The notes: generated by a model not told the origin, from the sequence alone. Shown: positions 39,031 through 52,380, counted from the first letter of the stretch. The stretch is DNA of 64,000 bases from Octopus sinensis (GCF_006345805.1 NC_043008.1:51708001-51772000); one strand, 5' to 3'. Program-made: numbers and translations.

Positions 39031-39470
39031 TATATATTTAGTGAGGGAAGAAATGGAGCTGGACGAAGATTTTACAAAATTCCTTTTTATTATTTTCTAC
39101 ATATGTTTCAAAGGCTGCAAAGTCCCTAATTTGGATTGAATAAGGAGACCATTTTGCAGCTTTCTCTTCAGGAAAATCCAGGAACTTAAATCTCCAAACA
39201 AATACGCAGCAAGCTTTTCGACAAACGCTCTCTAGGAGCCCATGAATGACACAAAACTGTCTCTCAATATGCGTTGACGTCAGGGTGAGTGAAAGCAGAC
39301 GAAAAAGTCCGTTGAGATAATTCGGGGTCAACTCCCGGTTAGCATTGGGAAGGGGAAGAATTACAGAAAACCAAAGAGTTTGAATATATTCTGTATAACT
39401 AGTGTTAATATTCGAATTGTTTAAAGAATGAATGCTATCGTATTTGGGTGTGAGAAACTACCTACATGTA
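39031..39470 (-). repeat. Left arm of a ~440-bp inverted repeat (inverted PLE pseudo-LTR)
   Basis: Reverse complement of 40820..41257 with about 5 substitutions and one 2-nt indel. Confidence 0.95.
39093..39176 (-). ncRNA. Type I hammerhead motif in the left arm
   Basis: Minus strand: ttttc CTGAAGA gaaagctgca..tgcagccttt GAAA CATATG TA gaaaa. Confidence 0.75.
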
Positions 39471-39529
39471 TAAGTCATCCTCAAATTTCTTCAGTCTTGG
39501 GTTAGGTGGTGGTGTCTCCATCGACTTAA

Positions 39530-40513
39530 AAAGCCCTGCAGTTTCGCCAAGCCATTGCCAGTAATTTTCCCAGAAATTCCAGATATTACTCCACTGTTAA
39601 CTCACACAAAGTTAGGATAGCCTTCTCCAATACTAAAAATCTCTCACAGATAATTTCCTCCCATAACAATAGGCTGCTTAATAAGACACTCTCACCCACG
39701 TTCGGAGACGCAGCTCCGTCTAATGCCAGAACAACGTGCAGTATTAATAATAATAATAATGATAATGGAACCGGCACAGAGATTAGCAATCTCCATACCA
39801 GCCATGGAGTTAATAATAGGAATAAGGTTAAGAGCAATGGTGGTGGCATTAACGTTAGTAATGGTAATAGGGATGAGAGCACTGTCCGAGTCATTAGTGT
39901 AGGGAGTTCCAATAACAATTTTAGCAGTGGGTTTAACAACAGTAGCATCACGGACATTAGCAACCACAGCGATCTCAGTGGCAGGGAATATACAGGTGAT
40001 ATTCCATTAAATAGTATTGATAGTGGGGTGTATAATGTCGTAGACAGCCGTAGTTCTTACAATCATCATAGTAATAAGAACGCCGTATTAATATCGGAAG
40101 CCAATCCCAATAGAATAAGGTTCTTATCTAGTAATTCCAAGATTAGAAACGCCATTTACCAATGCAGAGTTTATACTGAATCAGATGTCTACTTGTATAT
40201 CGGAGCGTCATCGTCAAAATTGGCCGCCAGAATATCGAACCACTTCACAACGTTTCGCGATTTTGGAAAACAACACGCGACCGGACTAAGTAAATTAGTA
40301 TGGCGTTTGAAGAACGCGAATACAGCCTTTAGACTGGAATGGTCGATTTTATCGGTGTCTGTACCGTTTGATAGAGGTAAAAGAATCTGTAATCTTTGCA
40401 ACTCTGAACTTTTTCACATTTTGTTCACCCGAGGGCAATTAGTTAACTCGATTTTGCAAAACTCTTTTAGATGTCCGCATTGGCGGCGGCATACATTTCT
40501 TGCATATAATTGA
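39530..40513 (+). mobile_element. 5'-truncated PLE (Naiad-like) ORF: RT thumb end, N/S/G-rich linker, GIY-YIG endonuclease
   Basis: Uninterrupted 327-codon frame without ATG: NFPRNSRYYSTVNSHKVRIAFSNTKNLSQIISSHNNRLL ... AIYQCRV..YLYIG..SNHFTTF..LSKLVWRLK..ICNLCNSE..CPH. Confidence 0.88.
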
Positions 40514-40819
40514 AGTCTAAGATAATTAACACCTTGATGTCCTAAGAAAAGAAAAAATTTTGGAAAAAAATTTGAAAAAATTTTGAATTAAATTTGAAAG
40601 GGGAAATTACTCCCCTTTAGCGTATGAACTGCTAATTATTTAGAAACACTATCAGGGATTATACGCCCCTTGACGGCAAGTCATCTCTCTATAAACTGGT
40701 CACAGACGAACACACAGACACAGGTTTCTATCGGCTGCTTGACCATTAATAGCCGCTATATAGTTCTGCCTAGCTCCTTCCTAAACATACTGCCACACAT
40801 ACATAGGCGCACACACACA

Positions 40820-41247
40820 TACATGTAGGTAGTTTCTCACACCCAAATACGATAGCATTCATTCTTTAAACAATTCGAATATTAACACTAGTTATACAGA
40901 ATATATTCAAACTCTTTGGTTTTCTGTAATTCTTCCTCTTCCCAATGCTAACCGGGAGTTGACCCCGAATTATCTCAACGGACTTTTTCATCTGCTTTCA
41001 CCCACCCTGACGTCAACGCATATTGAGAGACAGTTTTGTGTCATTCATGGGCTCCTAGAGAGCGTTTGTCGAAAAGCTTGCTGCGTATTTGTTTGGAGAT
41101 TTAAGTTCCTGGATTTTCCTGAAGAGAAAGCTGCAGAATGGTCTCCTTATTCAATCCGAATTAGGGACTTTGCAGCCTTTGAAACATGTAGAAAATAATA
41201 AAAAGGAATTTTGTAAAATCTTCGTCCAGCTCCATTTCTTCCCTCAC

Positions 41248-41257
<10 letters not shown>
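40820..41257 (+). repeat. Right arm of the inverted repeat (PLE 3' end)
   Basis: See left arm; terminates in (TA)n. Confidence 0.95.
41114..41195 (+). ncRNA. Type I hammerhead motif in the right arm
   Basis: ttttc CTGAAGA gaaagctgcag..ttgcagccttt GAAA CATG TA gaaaa; 5-bp stem I; palindromic ACATGT. Confidence 0.75.
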
Positions 41258-41321
<64 letters not shown>

Positions 41322-41343
41322 TATACACACACATATATATATG

Positions 41344-41382
<39 letters not shown>

Positions 41383-41504
41383 CATATATCATCATCATCA
41401 TCATCGTTTAACGTCCGTTCTCCATGCTAGCATGGGTTGGACGGTTCGACCGGGGATCTGGGAAGCCAGAAGGCTGCACTAGGCTCCGATATATGTATGC
41501 ATAT

Positions 41505-41572
<68 letters not shown>

Positions 41573-43559
41573 GTGTATATATATATGTATGTATATGTAT
41601 ATATAAATATATATGTGTGTGTGTGCATGTGTGTATATATATATGTATATACATATGTACTTACATGGAAAAGGATGTGTGGCATTCGATCACATAATAA
41701 TAAAATAATATATAAATATATGCATATATACATACATATATGTACATACCTATATCTATATGTATATATATATATATGCATATATGGGTACAGGATATCA
41801 AAAAAACTTTGAACACAATGAGAAACGAAAACATAAAAACAAACACATGGAAACAAACTATTTTTCAAACAACGAAAAGAACAGAGTACAAGACATACAA
41901 CACAAGGAATATTCCCCTTCTTCAGTTGTCCCTGTTTTGTCTATTTCGCATTTCGATATTTGTATGTAGACGCTATGGATATATATGTATGTATGTATGT
42001 ATGTGTGTGTGTGTATTTATATATATATGATATTCATTAATTATCGATCACTAATAACACTATTGAATTTTATGAATTTAAACAATGTGATAAACACTTT
42101 TTCATATTACTGAGTATTATGAACATTTAAACTCATAAACATTGAAACTTTTGAAAATATTTTTGCAATTCATAATTTTTAATTTTTACCATTGGTAAAC
42201 AAAACATGTTTAAACTAGTTTGGTATATATGTAAATATATATATTTGAAACCAATTACAAGTTTTTCAAATTTTGGGCTATTTTAAACAACAAATATGCC
42301 TATATATATATATATATCCGTCCAACCCATGGTAGCACGGAAAACGGACGTTAAACGATGATGATGATGATGATGATATATATATATATATATACATATA
42401 TATGTATATTTATATATATAGGTGATAAAATAAGGATGGATAATCGTAACATCTAGAAAACTGTTTATTAAAGTCATATGTACAAGTTATTCTCTTTAAA
42501 ATTGTCGGACATGAATGTCAGTCTAGGGTTAATCGTAACAGACTTTATAGCTATATCAAATTTCTCAACTACCTCTGCTAAATGCACATGATCCCCCGCC
42601 ACCCAAAATATACATAGAGTATGATTATCAGAATTTCTTATACATCAGTTTACTTCAAAAATTCATAATAATAACATCTTGGATAAAGCTGTTTGGGTAT
42701 ATTTATCTTGGATGAAATCATAATGCAACTGAAACCAGAGGATGCACCTGGATATTACATCATAGGATATCTATGCTGTAGAAACATGTATTGGACAGTA
42801 TTTTAAAGAGAATATATCTGTATATATATATATATATATATAAATATATTAGCAGATATCTTTGCTCTTTACTTCTGGTTCTTTACTTCTCCTCCCCCAT
42901 CTCATTCATCACATTTTTTAATAGAGGGAGAAATGTAGATAGTGTAAGTGTATGAGTGAGTTAAAAAGAGACATACAGACAGAAACAGACATAGACTAAA
43001 AGAGATGAACTATTACAGAGAGATTATTTGTGAAAGAAATGCAGAATGAGAGAAAGGTAGAGAGAAGAGAGAAAAAACAGAGAGAAAACAAGTTTCTATT
43101 GAGAGAGAGACATGGCAGGAGAGAGAGAGGAGAGACGCTGATGTTTGATACTGTATGCATGTTCTATAGGTGAAGGTGAAAGTGAGCCAGCACAAAGAAA
43201 GGGGGAAAGCAAGAGAGAAAGAAACGTTGATGTTTGACACTGTATGTGCATGCGTGCATGCGTGTGTGTGTGTATGCATTTGTGCAGTGTGCCACAATCA
43301 CCATTTATTTCAATCACTCTTATGAAGATATTCACATAACTTTCTCTCATTTTTTCATTTAATCCCCATTTTAATTTTCAAAAAGGGTTTCCGAGAAAAA
43401 TCTTCTTACTCTCTACAAGAGGAGACGGGGTAGATGTAGATGATCAGTATTTTACAGTGAAGCAAAGATAAGTACATGTAGCCAGAGTAAGGTCACTAGA
43501 GACCCCTTCACAACAACAGCAAAGACAAGAAAACAACCAGAGGAGAGTTGCTGCATGCA

Positions 43560-46500
43560 GGGCCAATGAGTCACAAGAGGCAAGGGGAAAATGGGTGGAA
43601 CAATTATGTCAACAAAATGCAATCTGCAGGAGCCAGGGGTCAAAAAAGGAAAAAGAAAAACGTTTAAAAGATGCAAGAAAAAGACAAGCTGCCAGAGTTG
43701 CCAATGAGACAGTAAGTCGGCGAGAGATGAGACAAAGAAAAAAACCAGGAGCAAACAGTTGCTGCAAGACTTTGCCAATCCTCAGAGGAAAGACATGAGC
43801 ATCTTGATCAAGTTGTTTGACAAAAGAGTTGCATCTTTTAAGGGGACTTGGAAAGGATCAGCTTTCAGTTATGATCCAAAACATAATTTTTTTTACAGAG
43901 AAATTGATTGATATTAGAGCAATGTCAAAAGAGTGCAGATTTTGTAAAGGAAAGAAATGGGAAAGAGAAGCCACCACTATGTGTTGTGGTGGAGGAACGG
44001 TTGTTTTGCCAACATTTGGTACACCCACAGATACTTTGAAGGCATTGATTTTGGGAAACACACCAAAGAGCATGCACTTCTTGAAAAACTTTAGCAATTA
44101 TATTTCTGCTTTCTAAATGACCTCCTTTGGTAGCAGTGTTATAAGAGTAGGAAACATGAAGCCAACTTTTAAAGTTCACAGTCAAGTATACCATCATACT
44201 GGATCTTTGTTGCCAACTGAAAGCAAAATCCTCAGTTTTTACAGTTATATTTTGTGGCAAATTACAAGGAGCAGGCTTAGCAATGGTCATTTAACCATCC
44301 AAATTTGAAAGAAGAGTTAATCTTTGATCTGCAAGATATGTTGCATGCAAACAATAGCTACATCAGAAGCCTCAAGTATGCATTGGAATCTGCACTACCC
44401 ACTGAATACGAGATAGTTATTGATGCAGACAAAAATCTGAGCACAGAGGCCACTACGATGCCTCTGCTGCTTATGAAATAGCAGCAATTATTACAGGCAA
44501 CAAGTATGGGAAGAGAGATATTATTATTTAAGGAAGAAGAAATAATATTCAGTGAATAAATGCAACCCTCCGATCATATGATGCACTCCAGTATCCATTA
44601 ATCTGTGTATTTGACCAAGATGGATATCACTTTTGGAATAAGGAAAAAAAACAGATCTTAAAACAAGAGATCCTGCACTGATGAAAGTAGTAAGCTGCAT
44701 GGAATTCTATGCTTACCTATTCATATTAAGAGAGCAATATTCTTCATTGTTCACGTGAGCTCTTCCAGCAATTTGCAGTTGATATGTATGCAAAAATTGA
44801 AGGGAAAAGGCTTTTTTACATTAAAACACATCAGAAAGATCACCGTGCATCAGATTACATTCACCTGAGAGATGCAATTAGTAATGAAGGAGCATTGACT
44901 GCTGAAAACATTGGACAGCTTTGTGCCATTGTTCCACCAAGCTTTACAGCAAGTCCATGGTATATGTATGAGTGTACCCAAGATGCACTTACATATGTCA
45001 GACACTGTGATTGTCCAGATCTCTTCATTACCAACACATGTAACCCTAAATGGCATGAAATAAAGAGTAAGCTTTATCATCATCAAGAAGCTAAATATCG
45101 CATGATATTATAGCTAGGCTGTTCAGACTTAAAGTCATAAAGCTGTTGGATCTCCTAAAAAAAGGCAAAGTCTTTGGAACAGTCAAATGTGACATGTACA
45201 CAATTTGAATGACACAAACAAGGATTTCCACATACCCACATTTTGATTTGATTACATGAAAAACTTTGACCAAATGATATTGATTTATTTTTCTCAGCTG
45301 AACTGCCTGATCCACACCAAGATCCTTTGCTGCGCATGAAATTGTCAAGTCCCATATGATCCATGGGCCCTGTGGTTCAGTTAATCCATCCTTCCCATGC
45401 ATGAGGTATAATAAGTGTACCAAGAACTACCCATGTCCCTCTGTACAAGAAACCCAAACTGGAGAAAGTAGCTACCCACTTTACAGAAGAAGAAAACCTG
45501 GGCATGGTGGATTTACTTCGAAAAAGAATGAAAAATGGGCAAGAATCCATCATTGACAATCAGTGGGTTGTACCCTACTGTTCTCTTCTTACAAAAACTT
45601 TCAAAACCCATATCAATGTTGGATTCTGCAACTCTGTTAACTCTATTAAGTATGTTTGCATATATATAAACAAAGGTTTAGTTGCTGCAACATACACTTT
45701 TATGCAGAGTGGCAGTCAGCAGACAAATAAAAATGATGAGGATGCACAGTATGACAAAGGAAAATACATCAGTAGCAATGAGGCTTTTTGGTGCATCTTT
45801 AATTTTCTCATTCATGAGAGGCACCCAGCTATCATCCATGTGAGTATCTATCTAGAGAATGGCCAAAGGATTATTCTTACAAAACAAACAGCCTTGCAAC
45901 AAGCACTTTCTTCAAAAGAAACTACCCTTACTGCCTTTTTAAAGTTGTGTCAAGTAGATGAAGATGCAAGAAAATTTCTCTACTCAGAGTTACCCAAGTA
46001 TTACACCTGGAGAAACAATAAATGGCACGTGGGGCTGACGTTCTGCCAAGGGTTTACAGTGTCGACCCAAACCAAGCAGAATGCTATTACTAACAGTTCC
46101 TTTTGCATGAAGTATGTAATCCCAAATCATTCCAAGATTTGAGGAGGGTAAATGGTCATGTGTGTGAAATTTATAGGGAAGCATGCTATCAACAAGGTTT
46201 TTTAGAAAATGATGAGCATTGGGACCTTGCATTGACTGAAGCATCAGTATCAGATTCTCCAAGGAAACCCTGTAACGGACATGGCTGAGGTCTTAAAGTT
46301 GGCAGTTCAACTGGCAAACCCAGATATCAATATTCAGTTCTCTGAAATAATTTTTCACCAAGCATTAATTGAATTGAAGTTTTGGCCATGGGAGGCAAAA
46401 ATTTACAAGAGTTTGGCTCTGGACTGCCAAAAACAAACTGTCAAATTTGTGATTTAACTTTAAAAGACATAGCAAGAGAGACATGACATCACACAGTTGG

Positions 46501-47700
46501 CTGCATTTGTGAATGAACATGAACATCTTCCACAACAATACTGTGCATATGATAAAATTATTTTGTCAATCAGATGCTCCTGGTGGCACAGGTAAAACAT
46601 TTGTAGCAACATTGCTTTTCTCCAAGATAAAGCAAGAAAAAAGATTTTCAGTTGCTGTAGCATTACCTGGCATTGCTGCTCCGCTTCTCCCAAGAGGATA
46701 AACAGCTCATTCTGCTTTTAAATTGTTGCTAAATCTTGTCAGAAATGAGAGTTCAATTTGTAACATAAGCAAAGGTTCAGGTTCAGCAGAAGTGTTGTGC
46801 CAATGCCACCTGATCATCTGGGATAAATGCACCATGTCACATAGAGGTGCAATGGAAGCTTTTGATAAGACCTTACAGGACATAAGAGGCAACAATAAAT
46901 CTATGGGAGGAGTTACATTAGTTTTATCAGGCGACTTCAGGCAGACATTATCAGTCATTCTGAGAGGAACAAGATCTGATGAAATTAAAGAAGCATTAAG
47001 TCTTCACACCTATGGAATAAAGTACAGAAATTCTCCTTCAATACTAACATGTGAAGTTTATTACATGAGAACCAATGTGCAGAACAGGTTTTAACTTGGC
47101 TCTTCCAATTAGAAAGTGAGAAAGTACAATTTGATGGGAATGGTGATATTAATTTGGCTCATATTGTTATCATGATGAATTCTCCAGCTGAATTGAAGAA
47201 CAGGGTATTTTCAGACTTGAGTAATAATTATAATTCACATAAAAGTTTATGTGAAAGGACGATTCTTGCTCCAAAAATGAAACAGTTGCAAGGATTAACC
47301 AACAGTCATTAAGGAGTAAAAATCAGTTGATTCAGTCCTTGATGAAAATCAAGCTGTCCATTATCCAACAGAGTTCTTTAGTGCTCTTGAACCACCTGAA
47401 AGTCCTCCACATAAACTTCTTCTGAGGGTAGGAGTCCTAATAGTGCTTCTAAGAAATTTAGATCCTCCTAAATTATGTGATGGGACAAGGTTGATTGTGA
47501 AGACATTATCACCTAATGTAGTAGAAGTTACCATCATCACCGGATGTGCCTCTGGGGAAGAGGTTTACATTCCAAGAATTGCAATCAAAGCAACAGACAT
47601 GCCATTTGAGTTCAAATGAACACAGTTCCCAGTGCAACTTTGCTTCGCAATGACTATTAATAAAACTCAAGGTAAGACTTTGAAATCTATTGACATTGCA
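43560..47700 (+). mobile_element. Helitron Rep-helicase pseudogene (many stops and frameshifts)
   Basis: MCCGGG, PDLFITNTCNPKW, MIHGPCG, NQWVVPY..HINV..IKYVCIYINKG, EAFWCIF, APGGTGKTF, LSGDFRQ and CFAMTINKTQG motifs in order. Confidence 0.95.
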
Positions 47701-47755
47701 GCTGTGATGATTCGAAAATACAACACCTAATAACCTAACAGTATATCTTTTATAT

Positions 47756-47836
47756 CTCTCTGATGAGATTTTGCCTAAATTATGATTTAATAAATGCTAT
47801 TTTGATCTTTAGGCTTAATTGAAATGGTTGTTAGAG
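47756..47836 (+). ncRNA. Degenerate hammerhead motif
   Basis: ctct CTGATGA gatt..gcctaaa..tttaggc..aatt GAAA tggttg TT agag; stem III reduced to wobble pairing. Confidence 0.5.
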
Positions 47837-48012
47837 TGTATGTTGGATTTTCGCAGATAATAAATTTTCAATTTTATTAAATGTTATATCTCCATTTTCG
47901 TAATTTTCTTTTGAATGACTATAAACCATGATTTATATTTAGACCTATCATTGTGTGAATAATTCATTTGATATTACTATCCCTTAATGAGGCTAATTTT
48001 ACCACTAACTGA

Positions 48013-48054
<42 letters not shown>

Positions 48055-48112
48055 GCATATATATATATATAATATGTGTATATATATATATACGTATATA
48101 CATACATATATC

Positions 48113-50185
48113 ACCATCATCATCATCATCGTTTAATGTTTGTCTTCCATGTTGGCATGGGTTGGATGGTTTGACTTAGGACTGGTAAGCTAGGAGGCTC
48201 CATTAGGCTCCAATCTGATCTGGAAAGGTTTCTACAGCAGGATGCCCACCCTAGTGCCAAAGAGTGTAGTGGGTGCTTCTTACATGTCACTAGCATGGGA
48301 GCCAGTCAGGTGGCACTAGTATCGACCACACTCGATTGATGTTTTTTACGTGCCACCAGCATGGGTGCCACTCAGGCAGCACTGGCATTGGCCACAGCTA
48401 TGATTTCACTTGACTCAACAGGTCTTCTCAAACACCGCATATTGCCCAACAATTGAAGGGTACTTTTAGAGGGGCTCACTAGTTATATGACACTGGCATC
48501 AGCCATGGCTACAATCTCACTTGGCTTGCCAGGTCCTCTCAAGCACAACATATCTCCAAAGGTCTTGGTCACAGGTCATTGCCTCTGTAAGGCCCAACGT
48601 TTGATGGTTGAGCTGCACAACCTCATCCCAGGTCTTTCTGAGTCTACTTCTTCCACAGGTTCTCTCCACTGTTATGGTGTGACACTTCTTCACATAGCTG
48701 TCCCCACCCATAATTAACATATAACCATATCAGCACAGTCGTTGCTCTTGCACACCGCATCTGATGCTTATTATGTCTAACTTTTCTCTCATGGCGCTTA
48801 CACTTTGTTATGTATGCACCCTGACATTACACATCCAGAAGAGCTTACTGGCTTCAATTCTTGCAAGCTTGTGCATGTCCTCAGTGGTCACAGTCCATGT
48901 TTCACTGCCATGTAGCATGGCTGTTTGCACACATGCATCATATAGTCTACCTTTCACTCTGAGCAAGAGGCCCTTTGTTACCAGCAGAAGTAGGAGCTCT
49001 CTGACCTTTTCCCAGCATATTCTTATTCTAGCAGCTATGCTCTCAGAGCACCCACCTCGGCTACTACCTTGGGCACCTAAGTAATGGAAGCTATCAACTA
49101 CTTCTATTTTTCCCCCTGGCATGTGGTAGAATCTGTTTTCTGTACATCTTTGGTGTTTATTGCCCCTATGCATCTGCCACACACAAAAACTGTCTTCCCA
49201 TTTAACCTTTATTTGATATTGTGTTACCTCTTATGTGTCCATAGCTTGCATCAGGTGCATCTTATGGAGTTTCTACCTGTACCTTTTCTACAGATCAGGC
49301 AGGCCATCTACCTGGCGGGATTTGTGATTTGTTTGCTTTCCTACTAAGACTTTTGTTTTTGCTAGATTGACTCTAAGGCCCTTCGATTCTAATCCTTCTT
49401 CCCACACCTGAAACTTCTCCTCTAGTTCTGATAGTGACTCAGCAATTAGAGCAAGGTCATCAGCATAGAGGAGCTCCCAGGGTCATCCTGTCTTGAATTC
49501 CTCTGTTATTGCCTGGAGGTCTATGATAAATAGTAGAGGGCTAAGGACTGAACCTTGGTGTACCCCTACCTCCACCCGGAATTCTTCACTGTACTCGTTG
49601 CCAACCCTCACCTTACTGACAGCGTCCCTGTACATGGCTTGCATGGCTCTCACTAACCATTCATCCATCCTTAGTTTCCTCATTGACCACCAGATAAGGG
49701 ATTGAGGGACCCTGTCAAAGGCTTTCTCCATGTCAACAAAAGCCAGGTACAGAGGTTTGTCTTTGGCCAGGTATTTCTCCTGAAGCTGTCTTACCAGAAA
49801 TATAGCATCAGTGGTGCTTTTCCCTGGCACAAACCCAAACTGCATCTCATCTAAGCTGACTCTCTCCCTAATTAGTTGGGCTATGACCCTCTCCGTGACC
49901 TTCATTACCTGATCTAACAACTTGATGCCTCAGTAATTATTTGTATCTAAAGCGTCATCTTTTCCTTTGTAGCAGTTGACTATAGTGCTGCTACACCAGT
50001 CATTGGGTATGACTCCTTCGTGTATCACCTGGTTAACTATACGGGTGACTAGGCAATAGCCGACCCTGCCAGATATTTTGAGCATCTCTGCAGTGATTCC
50101 TGATGGGCTGGGGGCTTTCCATGTCTTCTTACTCTTAATTGCTTTATCTACCAAGGTACTGTCAACTAGCTTTGAAAGGGCCCTC
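48113..50185 (-). mobile_element. 5'-truncated RTE LINE, decayed
   Basis: ORFs 49483..49920 (QFGFVPGKSTTDAIF..FVDMEKAFDRV) and 48808..49182; CAT tail at about 48113. Confidence 0.93.
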
Positions 50186-50210
50186 CAATCTCAATATATA
50201 TATATACATA

Positions 50211-51466
50211 TTAGGTTAGCAACTAAGTTCCCACCGTTTTTTTAAATAAAAATTTTTTAAAAGGCTTAATAAAAAATAACAACTAATTAATCAATAATGT
50301 ATTCACCCTTGTTGTTTACAACTTCTTCCCAATGTTCACCAAGATTTTCTATACTTCATTGGTAAAAATCACCCGATTTCGACTCGAAAAATTGATCCAA
50401 CCAAGCTCTTAATTCTGCATCAGTATTGAATGAAACTCTACGCATAGCATTTGAAAAGGACCAAAAGAGGTGGAAATCCATTGGTGCCAAATCAGGAGAG
50501 TATAGCAGGTGTGCAGCACTTCCCAGCCATGTGTTTGAATGGCTTCCTTGGTCATATTGGCAATATGAGGGCGGGTGTTGTCGTGCAGCAGAAGAACTCC
50601 ATGCTGCCGATTAGGTCTTTTCTCTTGGATAGCTGTGTTGAGTTGTTCCATCTGTTCAACATAAAGTTCCACGTTGACCGTTTGGTTCCTTTCAAGCAAT
50701 TTGTAATGGATAATCCCTTCCCAGTACCACCATACACGCAACATCATTTTACGTGGATGAAGATCTTGTTTCACACACAGTGTCGCTTGTTTATCGGGGC
50801 TAAGCCATTCCTTACGCTGCTTCATATTGATGTACAGGCACTGTTTTTCGTAGCCAGTAATGATTCGGTAAAGAAATTGTTGCTTGCATCCACGAGTTGA
50901 GCGGTGACGAGCAAGAAACTAATGTAGATTGTGGCTTGTTAATTTTTGTTGCATGCGGAACCCATGCTCTATACTTCTGAACCTTTCCATCAAGTGAAGA
51001 TGCTCCTCTATAGCAGTGTAGGGGCATTCCATTTTTCTCTGCCAGTTTCTTTGTTGTTTAACAAGAATTTCCGTGCAAAAGTTGGTTTAATCGCTCTTCA
51101 TCAAACTCAACTGGATGGCCATAATGAGGTGCATCTTTGAGGTCAAAGTTTCCATTTTTGAACTTCACATACCTATCACGAGCAGTTCTTTAAGCTATGA
51201 CACCTTCTCCATACACAACACAAATGTCACGAGCAGCTTTTGCGGCCTTAGAACCTTGATTAAAAGCAAAAAGAAGGAGGTGTCGAAAATGCTTGTTTTT
51301 CTTAACTTGACATTCCATTTTAATGATCTGAAAATAAACAAAAATTAACTGAAATTAACTAGAAAAAAAAACAAAATAGATTCCAAAATGATTCAAAAAT
51401 AGAATTCTCTAAAAAAATAAATTCCAAAATTTAAAAAAATGGCGGAAACTTAGTTTTCAACCCAAA
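50211..51466 (-). mobile_element. mariner transposon (D,D34D-type), decayed
   Basis: TA-flanked ~30-bp TIRs (TTAGGTTAGCAACTAAGTTCCC / TTGGGTTGAAAACTAAGTTTCC); MECQVKKNKHFRHLLLFAFN start at 51318, LLHDNTRPH, YSPDLAPMDFHLF. Confidence 0.93.
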
Positions 51467-51468
51467 TA

Positions 51469-51731
51469 TCTTTATAATATAAATTGGACATGGTCAATCA
51501 TTGTATTCTTTTTTTGTCTTGCGGTTCACAGCCAAACGGCTGGGTGGATTCACATGTAAAATGGCACACATGTGAAAACATGTGCATAGATTGGAATGTG
51601 GTTTGTAATTTTTTTCTTGCCCACATACTTACCGAGAAAATCGATTAAAACCTTTTCTAATGGAATTTCCCTGTTTGTTCAGCCATTAAAACATCCAGTT
51701 GCTCACACAGCCGGCATATACCATTTCACTA
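51469..51731 (+). mobile_element. Possible small non-autonomous Helitron
   Basis: A|TCTTTATAATATAA start and CTAG end, but followed by C rather than T and with a weak hairpin. Confidence 0.3.
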
Positions 51732-52192
51732 GCAACAAGGGGAGTACAGGATGACAGTCAGCCAAAACTTTCACTACACTGTCTCTCTTCTTTCACCTCT
51801 TTGTGAGGTAAATAATCTTAATCTTTAGTTACAGTTTCTCATTCAAATTACATAATAGACAGAATTGACGGATTAAGACAGTAGGGTGTTTTGAGGGAGA
51901 TTTGTCTGCTATTTCAACCAGGTCTACCTACCATGTAGAGGTCTGAACTTAATTTTCATTCACATATTTGCATTTCAAAAATTTAACATAATCTTTTCCA
52001 TTAATCAACTATCGTAAAAATTTTATATGATGACCTCACATTTTCTATGCATGTGTGTGTACCTTAAAAGACATCAGTCATCACGACACACCTTCACTCA
52101 CTCGCTCTATCTCTCTTTCTCACCCTCTTTTTTCTCTCGCATACACATGCGAAAGCACACACACACTCACACACATGCGCACACAAATACAC

Positions 52193-52237
<45 letters not shown>

Positions 52238-52380
52238 TACACACATATACACACACACACACACACGTATCCATTTCGTATATCTTCTTTCAATTTCTGC
52301 TCTCGGCAAATAAAATTTTTTACGGATACAACTGCGTACAAAAATAGGGATTAATGTATAATTTCTTTCTGTGTTCATAA

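Noticed and set aside
39530-40513. Selenocysteine-type in-frame TGA, as reported for some Naiad elements
   Set aside because: No internal TGA in this frame
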